From an uncultured Bacilli bacterium (GTDB lineage Bacteria > Bacillota_I > Bacilli_A > RF39 > UBA660): a stretch of 48,175 nucleotides of DNA. Shown in pieces: positions 37,212 to 45,762 of this stretch. The position numbers and the translations under genes were made by a program. Numbering within the stretch: position 1 is the first letter of the stretch; every line of letters begins with the position of its first letter. The DNA lies in the NCBI GenBank assembly GCA_944359705.1, contig CALVSZ010000001.1:1-48175 (forward strand). The letters run 5' to 3'. The notes beneath the pieces are model-generated. The model was given only the letters and a program-made list of their open reading frames with translations. It was not told where the DNA came from and did no database searches.

Positions 37212-37287
37212 TTTAAAATTTTAGTTATTTTTTCCTTTCTTCATCATATAGTTATAATGTAAAAAAGAAAGGAATGATAAAATAATT

Positions 37288-37548
37288 ATGGAAACACTTA
37301 AAGTAGGAACTAAATCAAATCCTAATTCAGTTGCAGGAGCACTTGCTAATGTTTTTAGAGAAAAAGGAAGTGTTGAAATTCAAGCAATCGGGGCTGGGGC
37401 ATTAAATCAAGCGATTAAAGCTATTGCTATTGCAAGAGGATTCGTGGCTCCCACAGGAAAAAATTTAATATGTATTCCAGCTTTTACTGATATAGTAATT
37501 GATGGAGATGAAAGAACGGCAATTAAGTTAATTGTAGAAGCAAGATAA
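37288..37548 (+). CDS. spoVS: Stage V sporulation protein S
   Basis: METLKVGTKSNPNSVAGALANVFREKGSVEIQAIGAGALNQAIKAIAIARGF... is a near-canonical SpoVS sequence of 86 aa. Confidence 0.92.
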   Translation: METLKVGTKSNPNSVAGALANVFREKGSVEIQAIGAGALNQAIKAIAIARGFVAPTGKNLICIPAFTDIVIDGDERTAIKLIVEAR

Positions 37549-37555
37549 ATAATTG

Positions 37556-37586
37556 TACACACATACAAATATGTGTGTATTTTTTT
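37556..37586 (+). terminator. Intrinsic terminator after spoVS
   Basis: 10-bp stem TACACACATA / TATGTGTGTA with loop CAAA, followed by TTTTTTT. Confidence 0.85.
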
Positions 37587-37761
37587 ATGTAAAATTAATT
37601 ATATAAAGAAAATAATAAAGATTTTATTAGATATTTGTTAGTATGTTATAATATTTTTAACGAAGTAAAATCTTTTAAATAAACATATATAAGCAACTAA
37701 ACCAACAGTAGAGAACAAATTACCTAATATTATAGTATAATTATTTTGAGGTGGAAATCTT

Positions 37762-38778
37762 ATGGATAATAATAAAATTGGAAAATTTATTGCATTTCTT
37801 AGAAAGAAAAAAGGATTAACTCAACAAGAATTAGGTGATAAATTATTTGTAACTGATAAAGCAGTAAGTAAATGGGAACGAGGGTTGAGTTTACCCGATA
37901 TAACAATTTTAGAAAAATTAGCAAATGAATTAGATACAGATATTTATAATATATTGCAAATAGAAAACAAGAACAATATTGATGTTGAAAAAATATTACA
38001 AGAAGAAAAAATAAAAATAAAAAGACAAATATTAAAAAGATTAACAGTAATAATAATTCCAATCATTCTTGTTATTTGTGGTATTTTATTTAAACTTATA
38101 CCTTTTGGTTATGATACTATTCATGTTAGATATAATCATAATGAAAACAAGTTAATTGATTTAGGAGTACCTAAGTTTTCGTTTTCTATGAAGAATAATG
38201 ATAATAGTTATTCTTATAAAAGTTTTAGAGGAAAAAGTATTTTAAAAAGCGAAATAAAAAGTTATTTAAATACTTTAGAACACATTTCTTGTAATGATAC
38301 TACATATTTTTATGATTCTATTGCTAATATTACTATTGTTGATTATTCAGTTGAAGGTAATTTATTATACAACACTATTTCTTATCATGTTAGAAATGGA
38401 AATTATTGTGATTCTTTAGAAGTAAAAGAGTATGCAGAAAAATTAGGAGCATTAAATGTTATTCGAACATTATATGCAGAAAAATCTAATTTAATAATTT
38501 ATTTTGATCCTAGCTTAAAGATTAAAGATAATAAAAACAATTGGGAGGCATCATTAGAAATTTATTATCTTGATGAAGAAACAAGTAAAGTTATTGAAAA
38601 ATCAAAAGGAACCTTTGAAATAAAAGATGATGAATTAATTTATTATCGAACAGAAATATTAGAACATGAAGATAGTGTAGAAATTCCAAATATTTCTAAT
38701 TTTGTTATAAAAGAACAAAAATTAATACTTAAAGATAATTATCTTGAAAACTATGAGAAAGGTATTATTTTGAAGTGA
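37762..38778 (+). CDS. XRE-family HTH protein with a TM segment and an extracytoplasmic C-terminal domain
   Basis: IGKFIAFLRKKKGLTQQELGDKLFVTDKAVSKWERGLSLPDITILEKLANEL (Cro/C1 HTH), followed by the TM segment LTVIIIPIILVICGILF. Confidence 0.8.
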   Translation: MDNNKIGKFIAFLRKKKGLTQQELGDKLFVTDKAVSKWERGLSLPDITILEKLANELDTDIYNILQIENKNNIDVEKILQEEKIKIKRQILKRLTVIIIPIILVICGILFKLIPFGYDTIHVRYNHNENKLIDLGVPKFSFSMKNNDNSYSYKSFRGKSILKSEIKSYLNTLEHISCNDTTYFYDSIANITIVDYSVEGNLLYNTISYHVRNGNYCDSLEVKEYAEKLGALNVIRTLYAEKSNLIIYFDPSLKIKDNKNNWEASLEIYYLDEETSKVIEKSKGTFEIKDDELIYYRTEILEHEDSVEIPNISNFVIKEQKLILKDNYLENYEKGIILK

Positions 38779-38788
38779 GGTACAAATT

Positions 38789-39913
38789 ATGAAAAAGATT
38801 TTTAATAAGATAAAAAATAATATATTTTTGACAGATTTAATTTTTATGATATTTAATATACTTCTTAATATTATTTTTTACATATTTAATATAAGATTTA
38901 GATTATGGTTTATTATTTTAATAATTATAATATCAATATTAGGATTTATTATTGGAATTATTCAATTATTATATAAAGCATCTGAAAATAAGAAAACTAT
39001 TATAATATTTTCACTTTTATATGTTGTGTGTATGATAATATTTATTATTATTGTTATGCCATTTATAAGTTTTGTATCATTTTTCTGTTATCGTCCTGAA
39101 CATACTGTAATTTTAGATGAAAAAAAGTATGTAGCAGTTGTCAATTCGTTTCTTTATGTTGATGTTGATTATTATGATTATTATGGACCATTACTAATGG
39201 GAACAAAAGTAAGAGTGCATGGTTATTTTGGAGAAGGTGGATTTGATCCTTTTGTTAATTTTAACAATGTTAATAATGTTGAATATACCTATTATGATAG
39301 TAATGAAAAAATAATCTCTAAAAAAGAAGAAAGATTTATTAGAGATGATGATGGTAATATAATAGATAGAGACATTTACGAAAAAGATATTAATGATGAA
39401 AATAAATATAATGAAAATGATAATTATATATTACCAGAACATGAAGAAGTATTATATGAAAAAAAATTTAATGAAACAATATTAAGATTTGGAAAAGTTG
39501 ATAGTGGACTGGGACAAAATATTTTAGTTCATGTTTTAAGAAGTAGAGATAATGGGAAAAATTTCTATGTAATATCAGATGATCTTATTAAAGTAAGCAA
39601 TGAAGCAAAATTTGTGTTTTTAAATGAGAATTTAGGGTTTGCAATATCTACTGGTAAAATCTTTTTAAAACAAAATGTTAATAGTATGTATGTAACTAAT
39701 GATAGTGGAAAAACTTTTCAATCTTCTAACTTTAAATATGAGAATGATAATGTTACTTATTTAGATGTAGTAGATCTTCCTTACTTTGAAAATAATACAT
39801 TAAAAATAAAGTGTTCAGCATATCAATTTAATTCAGATATAGGAAAATATGAAGATAAAGAATTAATATTTATTAGTAATGATAATGGATTAAATTGGAA
39901 ATTAGACAAATAG
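38789..39913 (+). CDS. Membrane protein with a C-terminal domain carrying three Asp-box (BNR-like) motifs
   Basis: Three N-terminal TM segments. S-x-D-x-G-x-x-(F/W) motifs SRDNGKNF (39542-65), TNDSGKTF (39695-718) and SNDNGLNW (39875-98). Confidence 0.65.
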   Translation: MKKIFNKIKNNIFLTDLIFMIFNILLNIIFYIFNIRFRLWFIILIIIISILGFIIGIIQLLYKASENKKTIIIFSLLYVVCMIIFIIIVMPFISFVSFFCYRPEHTVILDEKKYVAVVNSFLYVDVDYYDYYGPLLMGTKVRVHGYFGEGGFDPFVNFNNVNNVEYTYYDSNEKIISKKEERFIRDDDGNIIDRDIYEKDINDENKYNENDNYILPEHEEVLYEKKFNETILRFGKVDSGLGQNILVHVLRSRDNGKNFYVISDDLIKVSNEAKFVFLNENLGFAISTGKIFLKQNVNSMYVTNDSGKTFQSSNFKYENDNVTYLDVVDLPYFENNTLKIKCSAYQFNSDIGKYEDKELIFISNDNGLNWKLDK

Positions 39914-40030
39914 TTTGAAAGTAAGGAAGTTGTCAAAAAACATTGTAAAGATTAAGAAGATTTTGAATTTTGTATTTATAATGAAATTATGGAAAAATGA
40001 TGAAATAGATTTATAAAGGAGTATTATATT

Positions 40031-40588
40031 ATGAAGAAAAGTATGATTATAACTTTAATAATATTTGTTACTATATTAATTATAATTAGCTTAATTGGTT
40101 TATTTTTCTTTATTGCTTTAAATTATGATGATGAGGTAGATGAAAGACTTTATGAAGATTTAAAACTAGTATCTTTTCACAATGAATACGCTTTAGCGGT
40201 TGAAAAAGAACTCGCGATGACAACCCAATATGCTGTTTTTAAAAATACTGAATACAGTACATATAGAAAAATATTTTCTATACCCATATCTAGTTCAATA
40301 GAAGGAAGATTTGTTTGCTGGAACAATGATAAAATTTATATACTTGAGACTTACGGTGAGTTTACTTCATATAATTTAGATGATGGCACTATTGCAGCTA
40401 ATACAAATTTATATAGCTTATTAAAACCATTTAAAGGAAGACTTGATAGTATTTTAGGAATAGATGATAATTATATATATATTGAATATTCACATAATGC
40501 AAATAAATATCATGGTAAAATAGATTTAGATTTACAAGAAATAATTGAAATACAAGAAGAAGATATTCCAGAAAACTTAAAAAGATAA
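40031..40588 (+). CDS. Hypothetical membrane-anchored protein
   Basis: SD AAGGAG and one N-terminal TM. No motif recognised. Confidence 0.55.
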   Translation: MKKSMIITLIIFVTILIIISLIGLFFFIALNYDDEVDERLYEDLKLVSFHNEYALAVEKELAMTTQYAVFKNTEYSTYRKIFSIPISSSIEGRFVCWNNDKIYILETYGEFTSYNLDDGTIAANTNLYSLLKPFKGRLDSILGIDDNYIYIEYSHNANKYHGKIDLDLQEIIEIQEEDIPENLKR

Positions 40589-40821
40589 AGTTATATTTGA
40601 TGGAATATATTTGATATACAAATTCAAAAATAAGTTTTTTGTGTAATAGATTTCAACTAACATTTGAAAAAAAAATAATAATATGTTATACTTTTTATGT
40701 AATAGTCTTTATAATTAGTTAAAATTAATGATGATAAAAGTATTTTTGTCATATTAGTTTTATAATAATATGTAATGGTATTAAATCTTATGATGACTCT
40801 TAAAAAATAGGAGGAGCTAAT

Positions 40822-41391
40822 GTGAAAAATAAACTAAATACAATTCTTACAATTGTAATTTCAATAATAATGAGTATATATATTTATTTGTTAATAAATG
40901 TTAATATATTTAATGAATTAAATTTTATTAATGTTTTAATTATTGTGTTTTATGTAATTATATTTATTTATAATATTAAGTTGATTTTAAAAAATAATTT
41001 AATTTTTAAAATAATTCAATCAATTCTTTTAATTATTATGCTAATATCAATGTTTAATTTATCAGTAAAAGTATTGATAATTATTTTGGATGGAAATGTA
41101 ACAGAAAAAGTAGAATATTCATTTTTTAATAGTAGCGATGAAAGTATTGTTGTAGAAAAGCATAATCATACAGATAGTGATGGTGTAAGAGTTGTAAGTT
41201 ATAAAAGATATTTTGGATTGGGATTTAGCTGTAATTCGGAAATATATGTTGATACTAATATAGATAATATTAATCTAGATGATAATAATATAAAAAAAGC
41301 AATATCTGAAGTTGCAAGTTTAAAAAAATATCAAAGATGTTTCTTTAATCAAGATAAAAAGAAATATGGATTTCTTGATTTAAATGTATAA
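40822..41391 (+). CDS. Hypothetical membrane protein (3 TM segments plus a soluble C-terminus)
   Basis: GTG start behind AGGAGG. No motif recognised. Confidence 0.55.
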   Translation: MKNKLNTILTIVISIIMSIYIYLLINVNIFNELNFINVLIIVFYVIIFIYNIKLILKNNLIFKIIQSILLIIMLISMFNLSVKVLIIILDGNVTEKVEYSFFNSSDESIVVEKHNHTDSDGVRVVSYKRYFGLGFSCNSEIYVDTNIDNINLDDNNIKKAISEVASLKKYQRCFFNQDKKKYGFLDLNV

Positions 41392-41821
41392 GAAAAAATA
41401 TAAGTTTCATTATAAAATAAACACTATATATATAATAAATTCCTTGAAATAAAGATAAAAATAATTATAGATTAATTGAAATATGATTAATATTTTAAGA
41501 TTAAAAAGAATAATTACTAGATATTTAGATTATTTAATATTTTAATTCTTGGTTTATTTGTTGGGGATTTTATGGCCAGAGTAGCTAACATAAATTTTAG
41601 TGTAATAATAAGAAGTAGGAGAAATTGTAAACATTAATTCATGATATTAGAACAATTAAATTGAGTAAATTATAGTTTTATTATAAAAAAATCCTAAAAA
41701 GAAAATTTGTACTTAACTAATAAATGTATTAGATTTTCTCTTAAATTTTACAATTATAATTAGTTATGATAAAATTATAATTGTAGAGAACTTCTATTTA
41801 ATAATGTAAAGTGAGGTAATT

Positions 41822-42325
41822 ATGAATAAAGATAAATTATTATATTCTTGTAAAACTGAAGAAACATTAGAAGAATATATAGAATATTATTTGAAAATAT
41901 TTAGACTTGATTTATTTAATTTATTTGTTTGTGGATTTTTTGTTATGCTACCTTCAATATTAAATTTTATAGAAAATAATTCAATAAGCTATAGTATAGT
42001 TGTTCCAATTACTATTATGCTTTTAATTATTTGTTTTAATAAACATATAACAAAATTTTGCATAAAACTATCTTATATGTTTGATATTAAGAGTAAAAAT
42101 TCTCCATTAATTTATAATATAGAATTTTATGAAGATTATTTAATAAAACAAGGGAAAAAATCTACTAATAAATATAACTATAATGAAATAAGAAACATTA
42201 TTGAAACTGATAAAGCAATTTATTTACAATGTAGACCATTTTATCAAATCATTGTTATAAAAAAGAATAATGAAAATCACGAAATAATAAAATTTATGAA
42301 AAAAAATTTAAATATTAATGGGTAG
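41822..42325 (+). CDS. YcxB-like membrane protein
   Basis: Two TM segments, then ...YNYNEIRNIIETDKAIYLQCRPFYQIIVIKK..., which resembles the YcxB-type C-terminal domain (by eye). SD GTGAGGT. Confidence 0.5.
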   Translation: MNKDKLLYSCKTEETLEEYIEYYLKIFRLDLFNLFVCGFFVMLPSILNFIENNSISYSIVVPITIMLLIICFNKHITKFCIKLSYMFDIKSKNSPLIYNIEFYEDYLIKQGKKSTNKYNYNEIRNIIETDKAIYLQCRPFYQIIVIKKNNENHEIIKFMKKNLNING

Positions 42326-42338
42326 ACTTAAAATATGC

Positions 42339-42361
42339 TCAATTGCAAAAGTAAATTCCAC
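42339..42361. repeat. IS30-family element terminal inverted repeat (transposase-distal end)
   Basis: TCAATTGCAAAAGTAAATTCCAC. A second GTAAATTCCAC copy follows 9 nt inward (42371-42381). Confidence 0.85.
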
Positions 42362-42711
42362 TTTGAATAAGTAAATTCCACATAAGAGGTGAAAAATTAC
42401 TATAATTTTTAAAATATAGTGATTTTTTTGTGATTTTTTGAAAAAAATATAGTAAAATAATATCAATAAGTTATTATTTATATATTTTATTGCATACCGA
42501 AAAGAGGTCGAGCTTATAAATTTTTTTTTGAAATTGGAAGTTCCACCCCATGATATTTGCAATAAATTATAATGGTGCTTATTTGTCCTATCGGACAGAT
42601 ATTACTTTCTTTTACATAAAAGAAAGTAATCAAAGAAACTGGCAAATGATATAATATCTCTCGCCGAGGGGCATTCTTTCTTATAAGAAAGAATCAAAGA
42701 ATTTTAAACTA

Positions 42712-43977
42712 TTAATTCTTTCTTAATAGATTTGGCGAAAGATTAATATCATTGGGATTTATTTCGATAATCCCTAATTTGTTGGCAATATCATTGCCAT
42801 ATAATAAGTTAAATAATTGAATAGGGCTACAATTATTTAACTTTTTTCTTTTATAAGAATTAATGTTAGACATTAGTTTGTTAATATCTTCTTGAGTAAA
42901 ATCGTCAAACGAAGTCCCTTGAGGTAAAACTCTTCTTATCATTTCATGATTAACTTCGCAAGAACCTTTTTGATCAGATCTACCAGGTTCACAATAAAAT
43001 ATTTTTGTCCTTTGTTCCCCGGTATTTGGACTGTATTCAATTTCAAGAGGATTAGAAAATTCAGAACCATTATCAGTTAGTATAATTATAAATAATTTTT
43101 TAAATATATTAATTCCTAATATATTTTCAATATAATTAAATATATCTATAACTGATTGGGCATCGTTACGTTCTCTAATAAAAGCTAACATAAAAGAACA
43201 ATTTACAAAATGTAGTGTTAATAATACTTTGCCACCTTTTGTTCCTTCTACAGTATCTATTTCTACAATATTAACATCAGGATTGTTCTTTATATAATTT
43301 AAAAAGTCTTCATATCTTCTACCATCTAAACAATTTTTATCTATTTTATAATATGTTTTTCTCTTTGGGATCTTTCTAAATTTAACTTTTCTGATTAAAT
43401 CAATATTTTTAATTTTTAATACCCCTAAATCAATTAAATTATATATTTCTTTCTCAGAACACATTATTAAATTTTTATTATTTATAAAAGCATGATGTAT
43501 TGATTGTTTTTGCTCTTTTATAAGTGGAATAAGTATGTTGTTTAAATTTTGAATTTCTTCCTCGGAATAGGTTATTCCAGTTCGTGCTTCCTTTAAGTTA
43601 TCTTTATATTCATTATTTGCATAAATACCATCATATATTTGTTTACTTAAAGTACAAGATTGCTTTTTTGAACAACCATTACATACATACGGTGGTTTTA
43701 GTAATTTAACACATACTTCTTTTTGGTAATGAGTACAGTTCTTCTGATTACATTTAACTCCTTTTTCTTTAAAATTACAATTCTTCCTATTAATACAATC
43801 AAAAAATGGTCTTCCTACAGCTCCAGAATTTTTATAAATGATATGATTTTTTATTTCCTTGGATACTGTTGTACAATCTTTCTCTATAATTTTTCCTATT
43901 TGTTTAAAAGATAAATTTTCTTTTAAACATTTTTCTATTTCAAGTCTATCATCAAGTGATAAATGTTTATTCTTCAT
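42712..43977 (-). CDS. IS30-family DDE transposase with a Cys-rich insert after the N-terminal HTH
   Basis: MKNKHLSLDDRLEIEKCLKENLSFKQIGKIIEKDCTTVSKEIKNH (IS30 HTH), TDNGSEF and CEPGRSDQKGSCEVNHEMIRR (DDE region). Start moved to the ATG at 43977 behind GGAAGGAG. Confidence 0.85.
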   Translation of the reverse strand: MKNKHLSLDDRLEIEKCLKENLSFKQIGKIIEKDCTTVSKEIKNHIIYKNSGAVGRPFFDCINRKNCNFKEKGVKCNQKNCTHYQKEVCVKLLKPPYVCNGCSKKQSCTLSKQIYDGIYANNEYKDNLKEARTGITYSEEEIQNLNNILIPLIKEQKQSIHHAFINNKNLIMCSEKEIYNLIDLGVLKIKNIDLIRKVKFRKIPKRKTYYKIDKNCLDGRRYEDFLNYIKNNPDVNIVEIDTVEGTKGGKVLLTLHFVNCSFMLAFIRERNDAQSVIDIFNYIENILGINIFKKLFIIILTDNGSEFSNPLEIEYSPNTGEQRTKIFYCEPGRSDQKGSCEVNHEMIRRVLPQGTSFDDFTQEDINKLMSNINSYKRKKLNNCSPIQLFNLLYGNDIANKLGIIEINPNDINLSPNLLRKN

Positions 43978-44036
43978 AATAACATAAGCTCCTTCCAAAA
44001 AAGAATAAGCACCATCAATTTTTATATTATACATTA

Positions 44037-44080
44037 TTGTAGACTTAAATTCTACACTTTCGGTTTGTAGACTTAAATTC
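44037..44080. repeat. Subterminal 16-nt direct repeat inside the IS, upstream of the transposase gene
   Basis: TTGTAGACTTAAATTC occurs at 44037-44052 and again at 44065-44080. Confidence 0.8.
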
Positions 44081-44099
44081 CATTTTTTTTAAATCGGTG

Positions 44100-44122
44100 G
44101 TGGAATTTACTTTTGCAATTGA
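44100..44122. repeat. IS30-family element terminal inverted repeat (transposase-proximal end)
   Basis: GTGGAATTTACTTTTGCAATTGA is the exact reverse complement of 42339-42361. Confidence 0.85.
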
Positions 44123-44219
44123 AGCTATTTATTTTTTTTTGAAAAAATAATAAAAAAGCATTCTACAACATCTTTTTTTATGATATACTATATTAGGAGA
44201 AATTAGAGGTGTTTAATTA

Positions 44220-44732
44220 ATGAATTATCTATCTTTAGATAAAGAGTATAAAAGTATTGTTGAAAGTATATTAGAAAATAAAAAATTTATAGAAATAAAT
44301 AATTGTAAGCATCATGGTATAACTAGATTAGAACATTCTATTAGAGTGTCATATTTTTCATATAAAATTAGTAAAAAACTTCATTTAAATACTTATGAAG
44401 TTACTAGAGCAGGATTATTACATGACTATTTTGCTAATGATGATTTATCTTTAAAATCTCAAAAGGTAAGTGCTTTTACGCATCCTAAGAAAGCTTTAGA
44501 GAATGCAAGTAAAGATTTTAATTTAAGCGATATGGAAAAAGATATTATTTATTCACATATGTTCCCTTTAGTGCCAACAAGACCACCTAAGTATTTAGAA
44601 AGTTGGTTAGTGAGTTTTGTTGACAAAGGTGTAGCTACTTATGAATTTTCTATGTCATTTTTGGATAAATATTTGTTTAGGTATCAATATTTAATGTTGT
44701 TATTTATAATATTTTTAAAAAGAGGACTTTAA
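44220..44732 (+). CDS. HD-domain phosphohydrolase
   Basis: KHHGITRLEHSIRVS ... GLLHDY (the H...HD...D metal-binding pattern). 170 aa. Confidence 0.8.
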   Translation: MNYLSLDKEYKSIVESILENKKFIEINNCKHHGITRLEHSIRVSYFSYKISKKLHLNTYEVTRAGLLHDYFANDDLSLKSQKVSAFTHPKKALENASKDFNLSDMEKDIIYSHMFPLVPTRPPKYLESWLVSFVDKGVATYEFSMSFLDKYLFRYQYLMLLFIIFLKRGL

Positions 44733-44759
44733 AAAAAGAATTGAGGTGTCAATTCTTTT

Positions 44760-44966
44760 TTAATATGGACGAAATGGTGGATAAGGATATGGTGGTGGGT
44801 ATGGTGGATATACTGGGTATGGTCTAGGGTAAAAATTAGGAGCTAATAGTCCACCAGTTATTCCTCCTAAGATAAATGGCCCTAAAAAACCTCCACCAAT
44901 AAATCTATTATTAGAATTATAACTGTTGTTGGGTATATATTTATAATTTATTTGTCTATTATACAT
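44760..44966 (-). CDS. Small Gly/Tyr/Pro-rich protein (68 aa)
   Basis: Strong SD GAGAGGAG 7 nt before the ATG. The central GGGFLGPFILGGITGGLL segment is followed by YPRPYPVYPPYPPPYPYPPFRPY. Confidence 0.6.
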   Translation of the reverse strand: MYNRQINYKYIPNNSYNSNNRFIGGGFLGPFILGGITGGLLAPNFYPRPYPVYPPYPPPYPYPPFRPY

Positions 44967-45106
44967 ATAAATTCTCCTCTCATTATAGTATATTTGTTTA
45001 TAATTTAATGGTGATAATTTAACTAATTTTAATTTAAAAAAAATAATTAAAAAGTATTTGAATTTATATATTTTTTTGGTATAATTAATTAAGAGTAGGT
45101 GTCTAT

Positions 45107-45745
45107 ATGCGAAAATATATTTTATTGTTATGTATAGCTATTCTATTAACGGGATGTACAAGGGTAGATAATCAAGAAGAATATAGCAAGATATCTAATG
45201 AAATAATAAATAATTCTACGAGATTAACTAATACTACTACTAAAGGTTATAAATATTATTTACCTAAAGGGGCAACGCTTATATATAATTCTAATTTTAA
45301 TCAAAAAATTCGAATTTTAGAGCATGATCTATATTTGTATGTAGATATTGTAAGTTATTATTATAAAAAGAGTTTAACTATAAATAAGAGTGAATTTAAT
45401 TATTATTTTAGTATGATTGCTAATAAAAATAAAAGCGGATATATAGGTATAAATAAAGAAGATGATAGTTATTTTGTTAAAATAGTATATAATTATGCTA
45501 AAATTGAATTTTATACTGATAAAGAAAATTTATCTAATTTAGTAGCTTACGCAACGTTAATTGCAGCTAACATTGAATATAATGATATATTAATTTTAGA
45601 AATAATAGAAGATAATGATATAAAAAGTAGCGATACAATTTATAGTATATTAAAACCAAATGATAGTGAAAGTAAGTTTAATGAATATCTAGAAGAGTAT
45701 GTCCAAGAAGATGAGAAAATAGAGGCATTGCCTGATGAATACTAA
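45107..45745 (+). CDS. Lipoprotein, function unknown
   Basis: Signal peptide with lipobox LLTGC. Confidence 0.65.
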   Translation: MRKYILLLCIAILLTGCTRVDNQEEYSKISNEIINNSTRLTNTTTKGYKYYLPKGATLIYNSNFNQKIRILEHDLYLYVDIVSYYYKKSLTINKSEFNYYFSMIANKNKSGYIGINKEDDSYFVKIVYNYAKIEFYTDKENLSNLVAYATLIAANIEYNDILILEIIEDNDIKSSDTIYSILKPNDSESKFNEYLEEYVQEDEKIEALPDEY

Positions 45746-45762
45746 AAGAAAGAGGTGCCATT

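Larger units (their letters stand above)
42339..44122 (-). mobile_element. Complete IS30-family insertion sequence (~1.78 kb)
   Basis: Perfect 23-bp terminal inverted repeats TCAATTGCAAAAGTAAATTCCAC at 42339-42361 and, inverted, at 44100-44122. They bracket a single IS30-type transposase gene. Confidence 0.85.

Noticed and set aside
35591-37287. Looked for tmRNA (ssrA), which commonly follows smpB in Bacillota.
   Set aside because: The region is fully occupied by a glycosyltransferase and a lipoprotein gene. I saw no tRNA-Ala-like acceptor/T-arm or resume-codon tag reading frame, so ssrA must lie elsewhere.
40620-40790. Three TGTAATAG/TGTAATGG motifs in the spacer before 40822; possible regulator binding sites.
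   Set aside because: These are short, degenerate, AT-rich motifs whose occurrence is not distinguishable from chance by eye.
42308-42562. 84-aa minus-strand ORF spanning the IS30 inverted repeat and the non-coding tail.
   Set aside because: It crosses the IS boundary, has no SD and its product is low-complexity. The region is better explained by IR and subterminal repeats.
42337-44124. Target-site duplication for the IS30-family element (GC on both flanks: ..ATATGC|TCAATTG and CAATTGA|AGC..).
   Set aside because: Only 2 nt match and they are not placed strictly symmetrically. This is too short to call without other copies of the element.
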